From: an uncultured bacterium
Lineage (GTDB): Bacteria; Eisenbacteria; RBG-16-71-46; CAIMUX01
Assembly: GCA_964652115.1 (NCBI GenBank)
Contig: CAZZAH010000001.1
Location: forward strand, 5,669-52,602
Direction: 5' to 3'
DNA length: 46,934 nucleotides
Shown here in pieces: positions 45,081 to 46,934 of the stretch. The position numbers and the translations under genes are program-made. Within the stretch, counting starts at the first letter, position 1, and each line of letters starts with the position of its first letter. The notes below the pieces were generated by a model. It had not been told where the DNA came from. It saw only the letters and a list, made by a program, of their open reading frames with translations, and did no database searches.

Positions 45081-45932
45081 ATGTACGAGGCGTACTACGG
45101 ACTGAAGGAATCGCCCTTTTCGATCACGCCGGATCCGCGGTTCCTCTTCCTGACCCGCAGTCATCGCGACGCGCTCGCCTACCTGCACTACGGCATCGAG
45201 CAGCGAAAGGGCTTCCTCGCCTTGACCGGAGAGGTCGGCACGGGGAAGACGCTCCTCATTCGCACGCTGCTCGGACAGCTCCCCCAGGAGGTGGAGACCG
45301 CGATCGTGATGAACGCTCGCCTCACCTTCAAGCAGCTCCTCTATCTGGCGCTCCTCGACTTCAACGTGCAGCCGCCGGGCCGCTCGAAGGTCGATCTCCT
45401 GCTCGCGCTCCAGCAGTTCCTGCTGCGGATGCGGGATAAGCAGGGAAACGCGGTCCTGATCATCGACGAAGCGCAGAATCTCTCGGAGGAGAGCCTGGAG
45501 GAATTCCGGCTGCTGTCCAACTTCGAGACCGCGAGCACGAAGCTCATCCAGATCGTGCTGGTCGGGCAGCCGGAGCTGCGCTCGCTCTTGAACCGGCACT
45601 CGCTGCGGCAGCTTCGTCAGCGCATTCCCGGCGTGTACGACCTCTCGCGCCTGCCGGCCGAGGCGATCCGCGAGTACGTCGACTTCCGCATCTCGGTCGC
45701 GAGCCAGGGCAAGGTGAGCGGGCTCTTCGACACGGGCGGTTTGGAGGAGGTCGCGCGCCAATCGGCCGGGCTACCGCGTCTGGTCAACCAGATCTGTGAT
45801 CGCGCGCTCCTGGTCGGCTACGTCAAGGGAACGGATCGCGTCACGGCGGAGCATGTTCGCGAGGCGGCGCGCGAGCTCGACTGGGTGACCGAAGGCGCGC
45901 CTTCCGCTTCGTTCTATCGGAGCCCCTCATGA
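45081..45932 (+). CDS. ExeA/GspA-like AAA ATPase (PEP-CTERM-locus secretion ATPase type)
   Basis: 283 aa. MYEAYYGLKESPFSITPDPRFLF N-terminus typical of ExeA-like ATPases, Walker A GEVGTGKT, and Walker B LIIDEAQNL. Strong SD (GGGAGGAGG). Confidence 0.75.
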   Translation: MYEAYYGLKESPFSITPDPRFLFLTRSHRDALAYLHYGIEQRKGFLALTGEVGTGKTLLIRTLLGQLPQEVETAIVMNARLTFKQLLYLALLDFNVQPPGRSKVDLLLALQQFLLRMRDKQGNAVLIIDEAQNLSEESLEEFRLLSNFETASTKLIQIVLVGQPELRSLLNRHSLRQLRQRIPGVYDLSRLPAEAIREYVDFRISVASQGKVSGLFDTGGLEEVARQSAGLPRLVNQICDRALLVGYVKGTDRVTAEHVREAARELDWVTEGAPSASFYRSPS

Positions 45933-46687
45933 GCAACATCTACGACGCGTTGGAGAAGAGCGGGGAAGGCGGCAAGCGCCAGGTGGGGGACCCGCTCGAG
46001 CCCTTGACCCCTCGCGGTAGCCGTGGTGCGGCCTTGCCGCGTCCGGTCGGCGGAAAGCGCGAGATCGAGCTCGAAGGGCTCCGTCAGCGGGTGCTCCTCT
46101 CGCTCGATCTGTCGCGTCCTTGCACGATCACATTCTCGGGCGCGGTGCCGGGCGAAGGCGCGAGCACCCTGGCGCTCCTCTTCGCTCGCGAGGTGGCGCA
46201 ATGGGAGCAGCGGCCGGTGCTGCTCATCGACGCCGATCTGGGCGGCTTTCCGAAGAGCCTGAGCGGGGCGCTCAAGCAGGCGGCCGACGGGCCTGGGCTG
46301 GCCGAGGTGCTGGACGGCAGCGCGAGGCTCGACGAAGCGGTCCGTCAGACCGAGCAGCCCTTCCTCCACTTCCTGCCCAAGGGAACGAGCACGGCCTCGC
46401 CCCTGGACATCGTCTCCGCCGACCGCTTGAAGCCTTTGCGGGCCGAGCTGGAGCGTCACTACGCCTTCACCGTGATCGACGCTTCGCCCATCCTGCTGGC
46501 GCCCGAGACGAGCGCGCTGGCGGCCACGACCGACGGCATTGTGCTGGTGGTTCGGGCGCACCGTACGCGCCGGGAGATCGTGCAGAAGGCGATCAAGCAG
46601 TTGAACCAGGCGCGGGCCAAGACGCTCGGCGTGGTGCTGAACGGCCGTCGCTACCCCATTCCCGGTTTCATCTACCGCCGGCTCTAG
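45929..46687 (+). CDS. BY-kinase / MinD-ParA-fold protein of exopolysaccharide loci, with a degenerate Walker A
   Basis: 252 aa. The ATG overlaps the upstream stop (ATGA). ITFSGAVPGEGASTLA sits where BY-kinases have PGEGKST. Walker A' VLLIDADLGG, Walker B-like FTVIDASPIL, and a C-terminal RRYPIPGFIYRRL with two Tyr are present. Confidence 0.65.
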   Translation: MSNIYDALEKSGEGGKRQVGDPLEPLTPRGSRGAALPRPVGGKREIELEGLRQRVLLSLDLSRPCTITFSGAVPGEGASTLALLFAREVAQWEQRPVLLIDADLGGFPKSLSGALKQAADGPGLAEVLDGSARLDEAVRQTEQPFLHFLPKGTSTASPLDIVSADRLKPLRAELERHYAFTVIDASPILLAPETSALAATTDGIVLVVRAHRTRREIVQKAIKQLNQARAKTLGVVLNGRRYPIPGFIYRRL

Positions 46688-46693
46688 GCGGCT

Positions 46694-46934
46694 GTGCCCG
46701 CGCCTTCCGACACCGCGTGGCAGGACGACCCGCGCCCCCTCTCTCCGTTCGCATGGGTCGACCTTCGTTGTCGTGTCGCGCTTCGTTCGGTGACGGAGCA
46801 ACTCTGGAACTCGCTCGAGCCGTTCCGGCCTCGCTTGATCTTCTTGGGAGGCAGCGCGTCCTTGGGTGAAGCGATCGGGTGGGAGGAGGAAGCGATCGTC
46901 CTCTCGGACCTCGACCTCGGCGTGGTCACCGAAC
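46694..46934 (+). CDS. Hypothetical protein, N-terminal part (open to the window end); not in the ORF track
   Basis: Hand translation from GTG 46694 gives VPAPSDTAWQDDPRPLSPFAWVDLRCRVALRSVTEQLWNSLEPFRPRLIFLGGSASLGEAIGWEEEAIVLSDLDLGVVTE with no stop. Third-position G/C bias is comparable to neighbouring genes. The competing track ORFs here (46120..46869 plus, 46684..46929 minus) look like GC-driven artefacts. Confidence 0.3.
   Translation, partial: MPAPSDTAWQDDPRPLSPFAWVDLRCRVALRSVTEQLWNSLEPFRPRLIFLGGSASLGEAIGWEEEAIVLSDLDLGVVTE

Noticed and set aside
1-46934. Search for mobile elements, prophage, defence systems, toxin-antitoxin pairs or compositional islands.
   Set aside because: I recognised no integrase, transposase, recombinase, reverse-transcriptase, nuclease-helicase or terminal inverted-repeat signatures. 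Composition looks uniform apart from short lower-GC intergenic promoter regions. Formal GC-skew or k-mer analysis was not possible here.

Overview
High-GC bacterial chromosomal segment (about two-thirds G+C by eye). It is densely packed, and almost every gene is a recognisable core or envelope function. I recognised no rRNA, tRNA, CRISPR array, transposase, integrase, phage gene or defence gene.

Gene order:
1. ndk (3' part), yceD, rpmF, plsX, fabH, fabD, fabG, acpP, fabF, rnc, all on plus.
2. On minus, a FadL/PorV-like outer-membrane barrel and a small CxxCH lipoprotein. These are divergent from a plus-strand ECF sigma, zinc-finger anti-sigma and an HtrA/PDZ-like protein whose catalytic triad looks replaced.
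3. aroB, aroQ, accB, pilT, accC, with a PilT-family ATPase sitting between the two acetyl-CoA carboxylase genes.
4. lptF and lptG on minus.
5. A 2243-aa SprA-like type IX secretion (T9SS) translocon, overlapping by one base the start of an M28-fold glutaminyl-cyclase-like gene.
6. rimP, nusA, infB, DUF503, rbfA, truB, ribF.
7. rpsO, pnp, M16 peptidase, dut, DUF3108, and a deoxyhypusine-synthase-like gene.
8. A PEP-CTERM-style exopolysaccharide export module: Wza-like exporter, chain-length determinant, AAA ATPase, and a BY-kinase-like protein lacking the Walker A lysine. An open frame then runs off the window.

Many ORF-track starts are upstream over-extensions. I re-placed them using Shine-Dalgarno (SD) sequences, signal peptides and stop/start overlaps. 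rpmF (59 aa) and the last open frame are missing from the track.

I see no convincing evidence for a wholly new system. The best candidates for follow-up are the divergent envelope-signalling island at 7.6-12.5 kb, the sprA/glutaminyl-cyclase coupling, pilT inside accBC, and the degenerate kinase in the EPS module. All family assignments come from motif recognition by eye and need HMM or structure confirmation.
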